Shown in pieces: positions 1-10,083 of a DNA stretch of 64,000 nucleotides. The notes beneath the pieces are model-generated. The model was not told the origin of the DNA and did not search any database. It saw nothing but the letters and a program-made list of their open reading frames with translations. This DNA comes from Candidatus Woesearchaeota archaeon (GTDB taxonomy: Archaea > Nanobdellota > Nanobdellia > Woesearchaeales > 0-14-0-80-44-23), in NCBI GenBank assembly GCA_038874135.1, contig JAVZCZ010000001.1, forward strand, positions 128,001 through 192,000, written 5' to 3'. Numbering within the stretch: the stretch's first letter is position 1; the number at the start of each line of letters is the position of its first letter. Both the position numbers and the translations under genes were made by a program.

Positions 1-660
1 AGGGGACAACGATTGGCGGACAGTTTGGCTGGGGTGGCACTCGGCTGAAAGGATATCAGCCGAGCCCAAAGGTCGGCTCAACCGGGTCAGAAATCCGGTG
101 TGGAGTGCAAAGGCAAAAGCCGGCCTGACTGGATTCCCGACAAGGAAGAATCCAGGAGAGAAATCTGGGCTTAGCGAACCTCAATGTCCTCCTTGGTGGG
201 GGCTTGAGATGACCGAAAAGTTACTCCGGGGATAACAGAGTTGTCCCGCCCGAGAGTTCACATCGACGGCGGGGCTTGCTACATCGATGTCGGCTCTTCC
301 TATCCTGGCTGTGCAGAAGCAGCCAAGGGTGGGGGTGTTCACCCATTAAAAGGGATCGTGAGCTGGGTTCACAACGTTGCGAGACAGTTGGTTTAATATC
401 TACTGGGAATGCACTAGTGTCTGAGGGGAAGGACCATTTAGTACGAGAGGAACAATGGTTCGGCGCCTCTGGTCGACCGGTTATCCGACAGGGTAGGCCG
501 GGCAGCTACGCGCTAAGGGATAAGAGCTGAAAGCATCTAAGCTTGAAACCCGCCTCAAAAAGAGACACGGATGGGATACTCCTAGAAGAGGAGTTTGATG
601 GAACTGGGGTGTAAGTGCGAAGGTATACGACGCATTCAGCCCGCAGTCACCAATAATCCC
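1..660 (+). rRNA. rrl: 23S rRNA, 3' part (domains V-VI), archaeal; 5' end outside window, 3' end approximate
   Basis: P-loop CAGTTTGGCTGGGGTGG, PTC motifs GGGATAACAG and CGATGTCGGCTC, GAGCTGGGTT, sarcin-ricin loop AGTACGAGAGGAAC at 440-453, GCTGAAAGCATCTAAGC. No 5S follows. Confidence 0.97.
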
Positions 661-922
661 GCCTCTTATTTTGCTTCCTATGCATGGTTATCATTTTTTA
701 TTCTAAACTTATTGTTCAAAAAACACAATAATTAGAAAAAATAAAAATTAAAATTGGAAAAAAATATAAGTTCATAAAATAATTCTATTCTAAGGATTGT
801 TAGAATTATGCCGGTAAAATTTTGGTTTAGGAGTTTTTTTAGCAAAAATTGATTTTTTGGAAAAAAATATGATTATGATAAGAAAGTTAAATAACTTAAA
901 AGATGGAAATAAAAATTTTACT

Positions 923-1444
923 TTATTTTTTTAGTTCTTCTATTTTCTGTTTGTATTTTTCAGCTTCAAGCTTGTGCATCCACTTCGCTCTGCTGTACTC
1001 GTGTATTATGTTGTCCGGATTGCAATATCTGTCTCTTTCTGCTATGATTTCTTTTATTTTCTCGCTGTAAATCTCAGCTTTTTTGTTGTGGTAGTTGAAT
1101 GCTTTGGCATATACTGCTACTTTTTCTCTTAAAGGATAATCTTCTCTTTCTATTATTTTGATTGCTTTTTCAAACTGCCCAGCTTTTATGTATGCCTCTA
1201 CTGCCTTTTTGTATAAGCCCATATCTTCTGAGAGTTTGCCTATTTCATCATATTTGTCTTCTTTTTCAAGCTCTCTTACTACCCTGTTGTAGCCATTCCA
1301 AACCTTGGTTAAGGTGTCATTGTCAAGATAGAATATGCTGGTCTTTGCTATCCTTATCAGGTTTTGCTCTGCCTCTTTCAAATTCTTGGGAGACAGTATG
1401 CTCTCTATTATTTGATCCAAATCATTTTGGTTGTTCTCGTTCAT
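923..1444 (-). CDS. hypothetical helical-repeat (TPR-like) protein
   Basis: 173-aa ORF with SD GGTGA; repeats like GLYKKAVEAYIKAGQFEKAIKI. Confidence 0.6.
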   Translation of the reverse strand: MNENNQNDLDQIIESILSPKNLKEAEQNLIRIAKTSIFYLDNDTLTKVWNGYNRVVRELEKEDKYDEIGKLSEDMGLYKKAVEAYIKAGQFEKAIKIIEREDYPLREKVAVYAKAFNYHNKKAEIYSEKIKEIIAERDRYCNPDNIIHEYSRAKWMHKLEAEKYKQKIEELKK

Positions 1445-1646
1445 TTTATCACCTTCTAATTATTTGAGAATCTTCCGCTATACTAAACTTACTTATAAAG
1501 CTTTCTATATTATATACTACTTACAAATAGATAAAAAATCTTTTTGGTAAAAATCTTTTGTTTATAACTTCAATCTGTTTAAAAGTTTAAAGAAGGTTTA
1601 AATAAAACGCTGAATTTCATCATTCAGAATTTGGAGGTGTTTAAAA

Positions 1647-2414
1647 ATGGTTGAGGAAAATAAAGTATACTATATTTTAAGCCTGTTTGTTTTGGCTCTG
1701 ATCCTAGTAAGCGCGGTTTTGGTATTCAAGCTGGCAATGCAAAAACCGATAATCAACATAGAGAATAATCCTTCTCAGGAGGCAAACTCTATTACTGTAA
1801 CTGGAGAATCTGAAATAGAAGTGATGCCTGACAAAGCAGTAATCTATGTGAGTGTAGTAACTGAGAACATTACGGCTAAGGAGGCAAAGGATTCGGCAGC
1901 TGAAATATTTTCAAGAGTAAAATCCGCACTGATAAGAGCTGGAGTAAAACAGGATATGATTGAGAGCAGTTCATACTCCATAACTCCAATCTATGAGTGG
2001 AACGACATATTTAAGAGGAGCGACTTTAAAGGATACAGAGTTACCCACACAATGAAGATTACTACAACTGACATAGATAAAGCTGGCGACATAATAGATG
2101 CTGCTGTAAATGCCGGAGCGAATGAGGTTGAGCAAGTCTCATTTGAACTCTCTCCAGAACTTGAAAGAAAGGTTTATGCAGATGCGCTTGAAGATGCAGC
2201 AGCTCTGGCTAAGGCAAAGGCGTCCTCAATTGCAAACGCGCTTGGAGCTCAGCTTGGCAGCATAAAAACAGTTAGTGAGTCTAGCAGTTATTACTATCCA
2301 TATACTCCATATTATAGCAAGGCCATGGTGAGTGAAGGTGCAGCTTCAACCCAGATTGCCACTCAGAAGTTAAGGGTCACTGGAAGAGTCAGCGTCTCGT
2401 ATTATATAAAGTGA
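1647..2414 (+). CDS. SIMPL/DUF541 domain protein, N-terminal membrane anchor
   Basis: ITVTGESEIEVMPDKA, IIDAAVNAGANEV, AKAKASSIANALG motifs; SD GGAGGTG. Confidence 0.9.
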   Translation: MVEENKVYYILSLFVLALILVSAVLVFKLAMQKPIINIENNPSQEANSITVTGESEIEVMPDKAVIYVSVVTENITAKEAKDSAAEIFSRVKSALIRAGVKQDMIESSSYSITPIYEWNDIFKRSDFKGYRVTHTMKITTTDIDKAGDIIDAAVNAGANEVEQVSFELSPELERKVYADALEDAAALAKAKASSIANALGAQLGSIKTVSESSSYYYPYTPYYSKAMVSEGAASTQIATQKLRVTGRVSVSYYIK

Positions 2415-2497
2415 GTATAAAGTAAAGAAAAAATATTTTCAAATCTTTTTTCTCTTTTCATTCCCATTCTATGCTGTTGAAGTTGCACTAACTTTAT

Positions 2498-2872
2498 CTA
2501 TTTCTTCCAAAGCCCGTGCAGGTTGCAGTATGCTCTCGCCTGCAATTTCTCCTCTTTTACTTCAAACTCTGCTTCTGGCTCATCTCCTGGTTTTAGCATC
2601 TTTCTGAATGTTCGCTCTCCAGCAATTAGTTCTATCCATTCTATGTAGTGTTTTTCTTCCATCGGGTGGGGAGCTGAGCCTACCTTGACTCTTATTCCTG
2701 TTTTTGTTTTTTCTATTACTGGCACATGTTTTTCAAGCGAGGCTTCGGTAGTGTTCTCTTTTAAGAGTTGCATCGGCTGTCCGCAGCACACGAGAGTTCC
2801 CGCGCCGCTGTGTAAAACCTCAACTATGTTGCCGCATATGTTGCACTTGTAAACCTGCCTTTTTTCCGTCAT
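2498..2872 (-). CDS. dfx: desulfoferrodoxin (2Fe superoxide reductase)
   Basis: [39 protein letters not shown]. Confidence 0.96.
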   Translation of the reverse strand: MTEKRQVYKCNICGNIVEVLHSGAGTLVCCGQPMQLLKENTTEASLEKHVPVIEKTKTGIRVKVGSAPHPMEEKHYIEWIELIAGERTFRKMLKPGDEPEAEFEVKEEKLQARAYCNLHGLWKK

Positions 2873-2885
2873 AAAACCTCACCTC

Positions 2886-3470
2886 TTAAAACTCTTCACA
2901 CTTTAACTGGTAAAATGCCTTATCGTGTCCGCAGGAAGGACACTCTTTTGGCGGTTCTGTGCCATAATGGACATAGCCGCACTCTCGGCACACCCAATAT
3001 ACTGGCTTGTCCTTCTTGAAAACGGTTCCATTTTCTACATTTGATAGAAGCTTCTTGTACCTTTCTGCATGGTGCTGCTCTGCAACTGCTATTGCTCTTA
3101 TCCTAGCAGCGATCTCTGGAAAGCCCTCCTCTTCTGCAACCCTTGCAAACTCAGGGTAAAGCTTAGTGTATTCTTCCGTTTCTCCAGCAACTGCGGATTT
3201 CAGGTTTTCAAGAGTAGTTCCCCTAACTACGGGTATATCTGTCTCTATCCTTAGCATGCTTATCTCTTCTCCAGTTTTCTGTTTTAGAGAGAGCAGCATC
3301 TTTAGAAACCAGCTGGCGTGCTCCCTTTCATTTTCAGCAGTTATTGTAAAGATTTCAGCAATCTGTTCAAACCCCTCCTTTCTGGCAGTGCTTGCAAAGA
3401 AGGTGTACCTGTTTCTCGCCTGGCTCTCCCCAACAAAAGCCTTGGCAAGGTTTTCAACTGTTCTTTTCAT
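2886..3470 (-). CDS. rbr: rubrerythrin
   Basis: AFVGESQARNRY, ENEREHA, GETEEY, EQHH and C-terminal CRECG..CPSC. Confidence 0.96.
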   Translation of the reverse strand: MKRTVENLAKAFVGESQARNRYTFFASTARKEGFEQIAEIFTITAENEREHASWFLKMLLSLKQKTGEEISMLRIETDIPVVRGTTLENLKSAVAGETEEYTKLYPEFARVAEEEGFPEIAARIRAIAVAEQHHAERYKKLLSNVENGTVFKKDKPVYWVCRECGYVHYGTEPPKECPSCGHDKAFYQLKCEEF

Positions 3471-3534
3471 AAAATCACCTAAGTATTAAAAGAAGAAATG
3501 TTATAAATATGTTGTGGTATTGTCTGCTAATTAC

Positions 3535-4809
3535 TCACATCTTTACATTCTTCCAAGTTCTCAGGGCTACTGCCAATTCCTTATGATTGCGCGCGTATTC
3601 CTCTAAAGGATATCCCGACTGCACTGCAAATATTGCCTGCCTCATCGCAGTTGCTCCAGCAGTTGTGCCTTCAGGATGTCCATGTATTCCGCCGCCTGCC
3701 TGTATTATGATGTCTGTTCCGAGATTCTTTATAAGCGAGGGTATAACATTAGGGTATAAGCCGCCTGAACACACTGACAACACTGGTTTTATCCTGCCCC
3801 ACTCTTGTGACAATACTTCCTTTCTTTCCTTTATTTTCTTCTCTTCTATTTCTTCTTCAATCTCCCTGACATCTTCTGCGCTGCCTTCCATCTTTCCAAC
3901 TGCGGTTCCTATGTGTAGGGTGTCAACTCCTATAAGCCTGTAAGTCTTTGCCAGCGTGAGCATTGTTATGCCATGCTTGGGATTTCTAGTTATTGCAGCG
4001 TGCATCGCCCTGTGAGCGTGTATCGCTACGCCCAGGTCTAGGTTTCTCAAAGTTTGAAGTGCTGAGAATCCTGCTGTTACTACATCTACCATAACAAATT
4101 CTCCACCATGCTTCTTCACAAATTTTGCTCTGCGTATCATCTCATTGGTTTCAGCAGTCACATTCGCAAGGTATATCTTCTTTTCACCTGTTACCCTCTC
4201 AGCTTGGTCCCTTCTTTTCAAAGTTTCAGTTATCCTTTTTTCAAATGAGTTGAAAGACTGATTAGTTAGGTTTTCATCATCCTTAACTATGTCGCACCCT
4301 CCAACCCAGGCATTATAAGCAACCTGAGCGTGCATTAATGAATCTAACCCCACCTTGGGCTTAATAATTGTGCCGAGCAGAGGCCTGTTTAGCACTCTCA
4401 TTAGTTTTCTTATCTCATGCATTCCATACTTAGGTCCTGGAAATGAGTCCCTTAGGTATTCTGGAAATTTTATGTCGAGTAGTCTCAAGTTCTTAACAAG
4501 TTTCATTCCGAATATGTTGCCTGCAACGCTGCTATAAATCTGAGCCATGTTGCCAGGTTCAAAAAGCTCTCCAGGATAAGCAATCTTGGCTATGCCCCTC
4601 TTCCTGTCAATCTGGAAGATTCTGGGTCCAAGCCTTTCCGCTATCCTCTTGTCCATAGTTGCTACATCGGTCCAGGTGCCTATCGAGGACTCAGCAGCAA
4701 TTTCTTCGCAGGCCTTTTCAAATGTGATTTTTTTGTTTGGTTCTATGTAGAATTCGCAAACTAGATCATCTCTTGAAGGTTCATAGCCCAGATTTATGTA
4801 GCCACTCAT
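3535..4809 (-). CDS. rbcL: form III ribulose-bisphosphate carboxylase (RuBisCO)
   Basis: AAESSIGTW, GTIIKPKVGL, KDDENL, HAHRAMH, GKMEG, SGG, GGGIHGHP; ATG at 4809 behind SD GAGGTG. Confidence 0.96.
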   Translation of the reverse strand: MSGYINLGYEPSRDDLVCEFYIEPNKKITFEKACEEIAAESSIGTWTDVATMDKRIAERLGPRIFQIDRKRGIAKIAYPGELFEPGNMAQIYSSVAGNIFGMKLVKNLRLLDIKFPEYLRDSFPGPKYGMHEIRKLMRVLNRPLLGTIIKPKVGLDSLMHAQVAYNAWVGGCDIVKDDENLTNQSFNSFEKRITETLKRRDQAERVTGEKKIYLANVTAETNEMIRRAKFVKKHGGEFVMVDVVTAGFSALQTLRNLDLGVAIHAHRAMHAAITRNPKHGITMLTLAKTYRLIGVDTLHIGTAVGKMEGSAEDVREIEEEIEEKKIKERKEVLSQEWGRIKPVLSVCSGGLYPNVIPSLIKNLGTDIIIQAGGGIHGHPEGTTAGATAMRQAIFAVQSGYPLEEYARNHKELAVALRTWKNVKM

Positions 4810-4870
4810 AAACACACCTCTTTTTGAAAATTTAAAATGAAAATGAGAATATAAAGTTTTTGAAAAAATT

Positions 4871-5422
4871 TTACTTCTTAGCTCCTCGGGGTCCAGAGTA
4901 AAATATGTTGCTTATGTTGAAGTCGCCCGGCTTATAATTTCCAGTTCTAACCTCAGGAGTTGCTCCCTCTCCCCTCTTGCTTCCGCTGGATGGGATTATC
5001 CCCTGCTGGTTAGGCTGAACCTGCTGCTGTTGCTGGGGTGTGGAGGTCTGAGCCATCTGCTGTGCCTGTCTGGGCTGTGAGCTAAGCTGGTTGACTGCCG
5101 CTTCAATTTCTGAGATCTTCTTTTCAAACTTGTTTATCTCTCCTATCATCTCATTCATCTTTGACTGCAGCTGAAGGATAGCTTCGCCCTGCTGTCTAAG
5201 CTGCTGTTTAAGCTCTTTCAGCTCGTCAGGCTGCGGTGCCGGTTTTTCTTCCTGCTGCGCGGGCTGCTGCGAAATTGTAGTTTTTATATCGCCCTTAACT
5301 TGTATTGACCTTTCTGCCTGTCTTAAAGCGTCCTGTATGTCCGTCGCGAGTCCGTGTTTCATTAGCTCCTTGGCAAGTGCTTCAACCTTTTTTACCCTTT
5401 CAATGTCTGACAAATCTCTCAC
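4871..5422 (-). CDS. hypothetical coiled-coil, Gln-rich protein
   Basis: 183-aa ORF in ORF track; heptad region and Q-rich linker. Confidence 0.65.
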   Translation of the reverse strand: MRDLSDIERVKKVEALAKELMKHGLATDIQDALRQAERSIQVKGDIKTTISQQPAQQEEKPAPQPDELKELKQQLRQQGEAILQLQSKMNEMIGEINKFEKKISEIEAAVNQLSSQPRQAQQMAQTSTPQQQQQVQPNQQGIIPSSGSKRGEGATPEVRTGNYKPGDFNISNIFYSGPRGAKK

Positions 5423-5474
5423 CTGTACGATTCAAATATTTTTTTAGCGTAGAAGAGTAGAAGAGCATCTCTTT

Positions 5475-5855
5475 TTAAGCTTTCTCTTTTTTGTCCTGTG
5501 AATTCTCTTCTTGCTGATTTTGTGTGTTTTCACTCTGCTGATTATTTTTTGAGTTTTGTTCAGCAAGTTTCTGCTCTTCATTCTTTATCAAAACGTCCAT
5601 AAGCTTTCTTAGGGTTATTGTTGATTCAGCTATGTTGTATTCGGGAGTTTCTGCCTTTCTCGCTATATCTTCAGGATTTTCTTCTATCTGGCTCGTATGC
5701 GTTGGTGATTTTTTCTGTCTTTCTATTATCTGAGCTGCAATCCTTCTAGACTCATCTACAGTGTAGCCTGGAATTGTTCTTCTCAGGGCTAGTGCCAAAT
5801 TTTCAATCTCCTCATCTTCGCTCTTGCACTCTTCCTTATGCTCTTCCTCAACCAT
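5475..5855 (-). CDS. hypothetical protein
   Basis: 126-aa ORF directly downstream of the ZPR1 gene. Confidence 0.6.
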   Translation of the reverse strand: MVEEEHKEECKSEDEEIENLALALRRTIPGYTVDESRRIAAQIIERQKKSPTHTSQIEENPEDIARKAETPEYNIAESTITLRKLMDVLIKNEEQKLAEQNSKNNQQSENTQNQQEENSQDKKEKA

Positions 5856-5863
5856 ATTTTACC

Positions 5864-6454
5864 CTACTTTTTTAGCTTCTCCACAGTTGCCTTTTCAGAG
5901 ATTATTGCAGAATTTCCTGTTGGGTCTTCAATTATTATCTTCAATTTTTCTCTTCCCCAAAGAGTCCTGTCAATCTTTTTGATTAGATTCTTTGCTTTTT
6001 CCCTATTTTCCTCATCTTCGTCATTCTCCCTTATTGACTGCAACACATCCCTGAACTTTGTAAGAAGCCCTTCAACATTTGTTACGAAGCCCTCTGCAAA
6101 CTCTCCAGGTTCAAGATTTCCAACATAAGGAATTTTTACCATACCTGAGGAGGAGCGCACTACTCTTACCTTAAGATCATTTTCTGATGAGACCTCAAAA
6201 GTGTATCTTAAAGGACCTTTATTCTCAATCACTTCCACATCCGACTTTTTGAACTCGCAGCTTGAGCATTTCATTGAGAATATTGAAACTGGCCCGAAGT
6301 ATGGTATTTCAGTGTCTTCTTCTCTGAGAGTGAGCGTGTTTTTTCCGCAAACCGGGCAGGTTTGCCCAGTCATTTCAACCGGCTCTCTGAGAATTTCCTG
6401 CTGGTAATCCTTCTCATTTTCTTTTTCCAACTCAGAATCTTTTATTTTTCGCAT
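5864..6454 (-). CDS. ZPR1-type zinc finger protein
   Basis: CPVCG..EIPYFG..CSSC, VVRSS, GFVTNVEG, IIEDPTGNSAI. Confidence 0.93.
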   Translation of the reverse strand: MRKIKDSELEKENEKDYQQEILREPVEMTGQTCPVCGKNTLTLREEDTEIPYFGPVSIFSMKCSSCEFKKSDVEVIENKGPLRYTFEVSSENDLKVRVVRSSSGMVKIPYVGNLEPGEFAEGFVTNVEGLLTKFRDVLQSIRENDEDEENREKAKNLIKKIDRTLWGREKLKIIIEDPTGNSAIISEKATVEKLKK

Positions 6455-6544
6455 GTTTCAGGATTAATCTGCGCTGTATAAAAATATTTTGTTTTGGTAG
6501 GGCAAAAGATTAATAACCCTGAAGCACTTCTTTAAATATTTGAC

Positions 6545-7273
6545 ATGGAGCTTACCCTCTTGATAGTGTTGATGTCTGCGTTGGCGCCAGTTCTCGGCTC
6601 ATTCATAGGCATTTTGTTCTACCCTTCTAAAAGTTTGACTGCTGACATGCTCGCATTTGCAGCTGGAATAATGCTTGGAATATCCTTTCTGGAGTTGATT
6701 CCTTTCTCCCTACAAATTTCGGGATTGATAATATGCGTGCTCGGCTTTCTAGTAGGCTCGCTTTTGATGTACCTGCTAGACAGAATTCTTCCTCACATTC
6801 ATCCAGAGTTAAGTTCTAATGAGCCTGGGAAGCAGCTGAAAAAAACAGCACTATTCTTGATAATAGGAATCTTCCTGCACAACTTTCCTGAAGGGATGGC
6901 GATAGCCGTTGGGAGTGTTGCCGGGGTAAGAATCAGCCTGGCAGTTGCTGTTGGAATTGCTATTCACAACATCCCAGAGGGAATATGCACCTCGGCTCCG
7001 TACTACTATTGTACAAAGAAGCGCCTTAAATCCTTTCTGCTCTCCTCAATCACAGCAATTCCTGTAGTTTTAGGATTCCTGACGGGAAGGTTGTTATATT
7101 CTCTAGATTTGAGCGCATTATCCAGTTTTATAGCTTCCCTCACAGCAGGTTTTATGATATACATCTCTGCGGATCAGCTCATTCCAAGCGCGTTTAATCT
7201 TTCTTATAGGCACGACACGATATTCTCTTTTATAGGCGGAATTGTGCTAGTGCTACTTCTGATGACAATTTAA
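6545..7273 (+). CDS. ZIP family divalent metal transporter (ZupT-like)
   Basis: AFAAGIM, LHNFPEG, IHNIPEG, multiple TM segments. Confidence 0.92.
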   Translation: MELTLLIVLMSALAPVLGSFIGILFYPSKSLTADMLAFAAGIMLGISFLELIPFSLQISGLIICVLGFLVGSLLMYLLDRILPHIHPELSSNEPGKQLKKTALFLIIGIFLHNFPEGMAIAVGSVAGVRISLAVAVGIAIHNIPEGICTSAPYYYCTKKRLKSFLLSSITAIPVVLGFLTGRLLYSLDLSALSSFIASLTAGFMIYISADQLIPSAFNLSYRHDTIFSFIGGIVLVLLLMTI

Positions 7274-7336
7274 GATTCTAAAACGGGAAAAGATTTTAAA
7301 AGCTAGGCTACGAACCTAAAATTCGGAGGTGAAATA

Positions 7337-7534
7337 ATGCCTGTTGTAAAGATTGAATCTTGGCCTCTTGACAAGGATAAGAAGCCGTGGCTCATAAAGA
7401 AGATAACTGACATCTTTGGCGAGATGGGCGTTCCTAAAGAGGCTGTTACTGTGATTATAAGCGAGGTTCCTCTTGAGAATTGGGGAAGTGGAGGGGAGCA
7501 GCACTCAGTCAAGTTTGGCAGAATGAAAATGTGA
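7337..7534 (+). CDS. 4-oxalocrotonate tautomerase family protein
   Basis: N-terminal catalytic Pro, V.VIISEVPLENWGSGG; SD GGAGGTGA. Confidence 0.9.
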   Translation: MPVVKIESWPLDKDKKPWLIKKITDIFGEMGVPKEAVTVIISEVPLENWGSGGEQHSVKFGRMKM

Positions 7535-7569
7535 AAGATTTTTAAAGAATTGCCGTATTCCATTTGCAG

Positions 7570-9459
7570 ATGATTAAGTTCAAGACAACTGCAGAGATAA
7601 AGGTTTCAGAAAGGATAATAGACCAGGTAATAGGTCAGGATGAGGCAGTTGAGATAATAAAGAAGGCTGCCAAGCAGAGGCGTCATGTTCTCCTCATTGG
7701 AGAGCCCGGCACTGGAAAATCAATGCTTGGGATGGCACTTGCAGAGATGCTTCCGAAGGAGAAGCTTGTGGATGTACTCGCATTCTACAATCCTAATGAT
7801 GAGAATCAGCCGCTGATAAGGACCGTTCCAGCAGGCAAGGGAAGGGAGATAGTTGCCAGGGCTCGTGCAGAGTCAATTCTGAGCTCAAGAAATCAGAACA
7901 TAATATACTGGATTCTAGCAATCTTGGCACTGATAGTTCCGTGGTGGGCTCGCGACTATTACAAATCAGACATAATCTTCGGCGCATTATTTATTGGTGG
8001 AATGCTCTTTCTTAGCAGCGTAATATTTGCGCTTAATTCCGGAATAAGGCAGAAGAACAATGTAGTAACGCCTCCTAAGGTTATTGTAGATAACTATGGT
8101 AGGAAGCATGCTCCATTTTATGACGCTACTGGAGCTCACGCCGGAGCTCTCCTGGGAGACGTGCTTCACGACCCTTTTCAAAGTGGAGGTCTAGGCACGC
8201 CTGCTCATGAGAGGGTAGTTGCCGGCATGATTCACAAGGCTCACATGGGAGTCCTCTTTATTGATGAGATTGCCACTCTTGAACCTGCAACCCAGCAGGA
8301 ACTCTTAACAGCACTTCAGGAGGGAAAGTACCCCATAACTGGTCAGTCTGAGAGAAGTGCTGGAGCCATGGTGCGAACAGAAATGGTGCCCTGCAACTTC
8401 ATCCTCGTTGCTGCGGGAAATGTTGATACCATAAAGCATATGCACCCTGCACTCCGTTCAAGAATTAGGGGCTATGGTTATGAGGTTTATATGCACGAAA
8501 CTATGAAGGACACTGAGGAAAATAGGGACAAGATTGTCAGATTTGTGGCTCAGGAGGTTAAAAAGGACAAGAGGATTCCCCATTTTACACGGGAAGCTGT
8601 TGAGCTGATAATAAACTATGCTCGCAAGATGGCTAACAGGAAGGGTCACCTGACCCTGCGCTTCAGAGAGCTCGGCGGCTTAGTCCGTGCAGCTGGCGAT
8701 GTAGCTATTGAGGAGGGTTCAAAGTATGTTGAGAAGAGGCACGTTTTGAAAGCCGCCACCTTTGCCAGGACTCTGGAGCAGCAGCTGGCTGACCACTATA
8801 TTGAAAGGAAGCGCGAGTATGAAGTAATAAGGGTTTCTGGAAAGCAGGTTGGAAGGGTTAATGGGCTGGCTGTCATTGGGGACGAAAACGCGTTCTCAGG
8901 AATAATTCTTCCGATAGAGGCAGAAGTAACTCCAGGTGGAAAGCAGAAGGAGTTTACTGCCACTGGAAAGCTTGGTGAGATTGCTAAGGAAGCTGTAATT
9001 AATGTTTCTGCAATTATAAAGAAATACTTTGGAGAGGATATTAAGAAGTATGACATCTTTATCCAGTTCCTTCAAACATATGAGGGTGTAGAGGGTGATA
9101 GTGCCAGCGTGGCAGTAGCGACTGCTGTGATAAGCGCTCTTAAAAAGGTGCCCGTGAAGCAGGACTACGCGATGACGGGCTCCCTCTCTGTCAGAGGAGA
9201 AGTTCTCCCGGTTGGAGGCGTTTCTGCCAAGGTTGAAGCGGCTATAGATGCAGGAATAAAACATGTCATAGTTCCAAGGTCAAACCTGCACGACATAGTA
9301 ATAAGCTCGGAGAAGCTCGCTAAGATAAAGCTGATACCTGTTAGCAATATTGTAGATGTTTTAAAAGAGGTTATTGACTGGAACGGCAAGAGTGATATAC
9401 TTCAAAGGATAATAGAGCTTAACGGCACCAATGCAGAGAATGTTTCTTCTGAAAAGTAG
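7570..9459 (+). CDS. lonB: ATP-dependent protease LonB (membrane-anchored)
   Basis: GEPGTGKS, two TM helices, LFIDEI, GDSAS Ser and GGVSAKVEAA Lys dyad; no intein. Confidence 0.96.
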   Translation: MIKFKTTAEIKVSERIIDQVIGQDEAVEIIKKAAKQRRHVLLIGEPGTGKSMLGMALAEMLPKEKLVDVLAFYNPNDENQPLIRTVPAGKGREIVARARAESILSSRNQNIIYWILAILALIVPWWARDYYKSDIIFGALFIGGMLFLSSVIFALNSGIRQKNNVVTPPKVIVDNYGRKHAPFYDATGAHAGALLGDVLHDPFQSGGLGTPAHERVVAGMIHKAHMGVLFIDEIATLEPATQQELLTALQEGKYPITGQSERSAGAMVRTEMVPCNFILVAAGNVDTIKHMHPALRSRIRGYGYEVYMHETMKDTEENRDKIVRFVAQEVKKDKRIPHFTREAVELIINYARKMANRKGHLTLRFRELGGLVRAAGDVAIEEGSKYVEKRHVLKAATFARTLEQQLADHYIERKREYEVIRVSGKQVGRVNGLAVIGDENAFSGIILPIEAEVTPGGKQKEFTATGKLGEIAKEAVINVSAIIKKYFGEDIKKYDIFIQFLQTYEGVEGDSASVAVATAVISALKKVPVKQDYAMTGSLSVRGEVLPVGGVSAKVEAAIDAGIKHVIVPRSNLHDIVISSEKLAKIKLIPVSNIVDVLKEVIDWNGKSDILQRIIELNGTNAENVSSEK

Positions 9460-9472
9460 GGCTTAGCAGGGC

Positions 9473-10021
9473 TTACCAGAGCTTCTTTGACTCCCATGGA
9501 TATTCAATCCAGCAGTTTGGAATCTTTCTTCCATAATAAATCTTTACGCAGTCTGGAAGAGTTCCGATTTTTGGCGCTTCTTTCATATAAGCAACCAGGA
9601 TTCTTAACTCTTTGGCTCCCAGTCCAAGTATGTATTTTGAAGCGGTCTCTAAGGTCTTTCTAGAATCGTCTATCTCGTCCATCATAAGAACCCTGGTGCC
9701 TTCAATCTTCTTCTCAAGCTCAGAGTCAAGCTTCTGAGTGATAAACGGCTCTTTTAGTCTCTGATTGTTCTCGTCATAGTAGGATATTCCTATCACATAG
9801 GCGGGCAGCTTCTTTTCTAGCTCTTCCTCAAATACTGCCTTTGCAATTCTCATAACGATTAGCCCGCCAGTGCTTATCCCGATAAGTACATCTGGCTTGT
9901 AGTCGTCCTTAAGGATTTTGGAACAGGCTCTCACAACGCAGATGTGCGTGTCCTCATAAGAAACCTTGAACTTTTCCTTGTCTTTTTTAACTTCGGAATT
10001 TTTAGAATTTGCGCGCTCCAT
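9473..10021 (-). CDS. type I phosphoribosyltransferase (purine salvage-like)
   Basis: IGISTGG, VLMMDEIDDSRKTL PRPP-binding loop, WIEYPWE. Confidence 0.85.
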   Translation of the reverse strand: MERANSKNSEVKKDKEKFKVSYEDTHICVVRACSKILKDDYKPDVLIGISTGGLIVMRIAKAVFEEELEKKLPAYVIGISYYDENNQRLKEPFITQKLDSELEKKIEGTRVLMMDEIDDSRKTLETASKYILGLGAKELRILVAYMKEAPKIGTLPDCVKIYYGRKIPNCWIEYPWESKKLW

Positions 10022-10083
10022 ATATTAGAAAAGCCCAACTGATTAATAAAGTTATCGCTAGAATTCACTCTCTAAACCTGTAA

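Noticed and set aside
276-530. 84-aa ORF
   Set aside because: It lies wholly inside the 23S rRNA gene and is a spurious translation.
7570-9459. Intein in LonB
   Set aside because: The protein is normal length and continuous through DPFQSGGLGTP.
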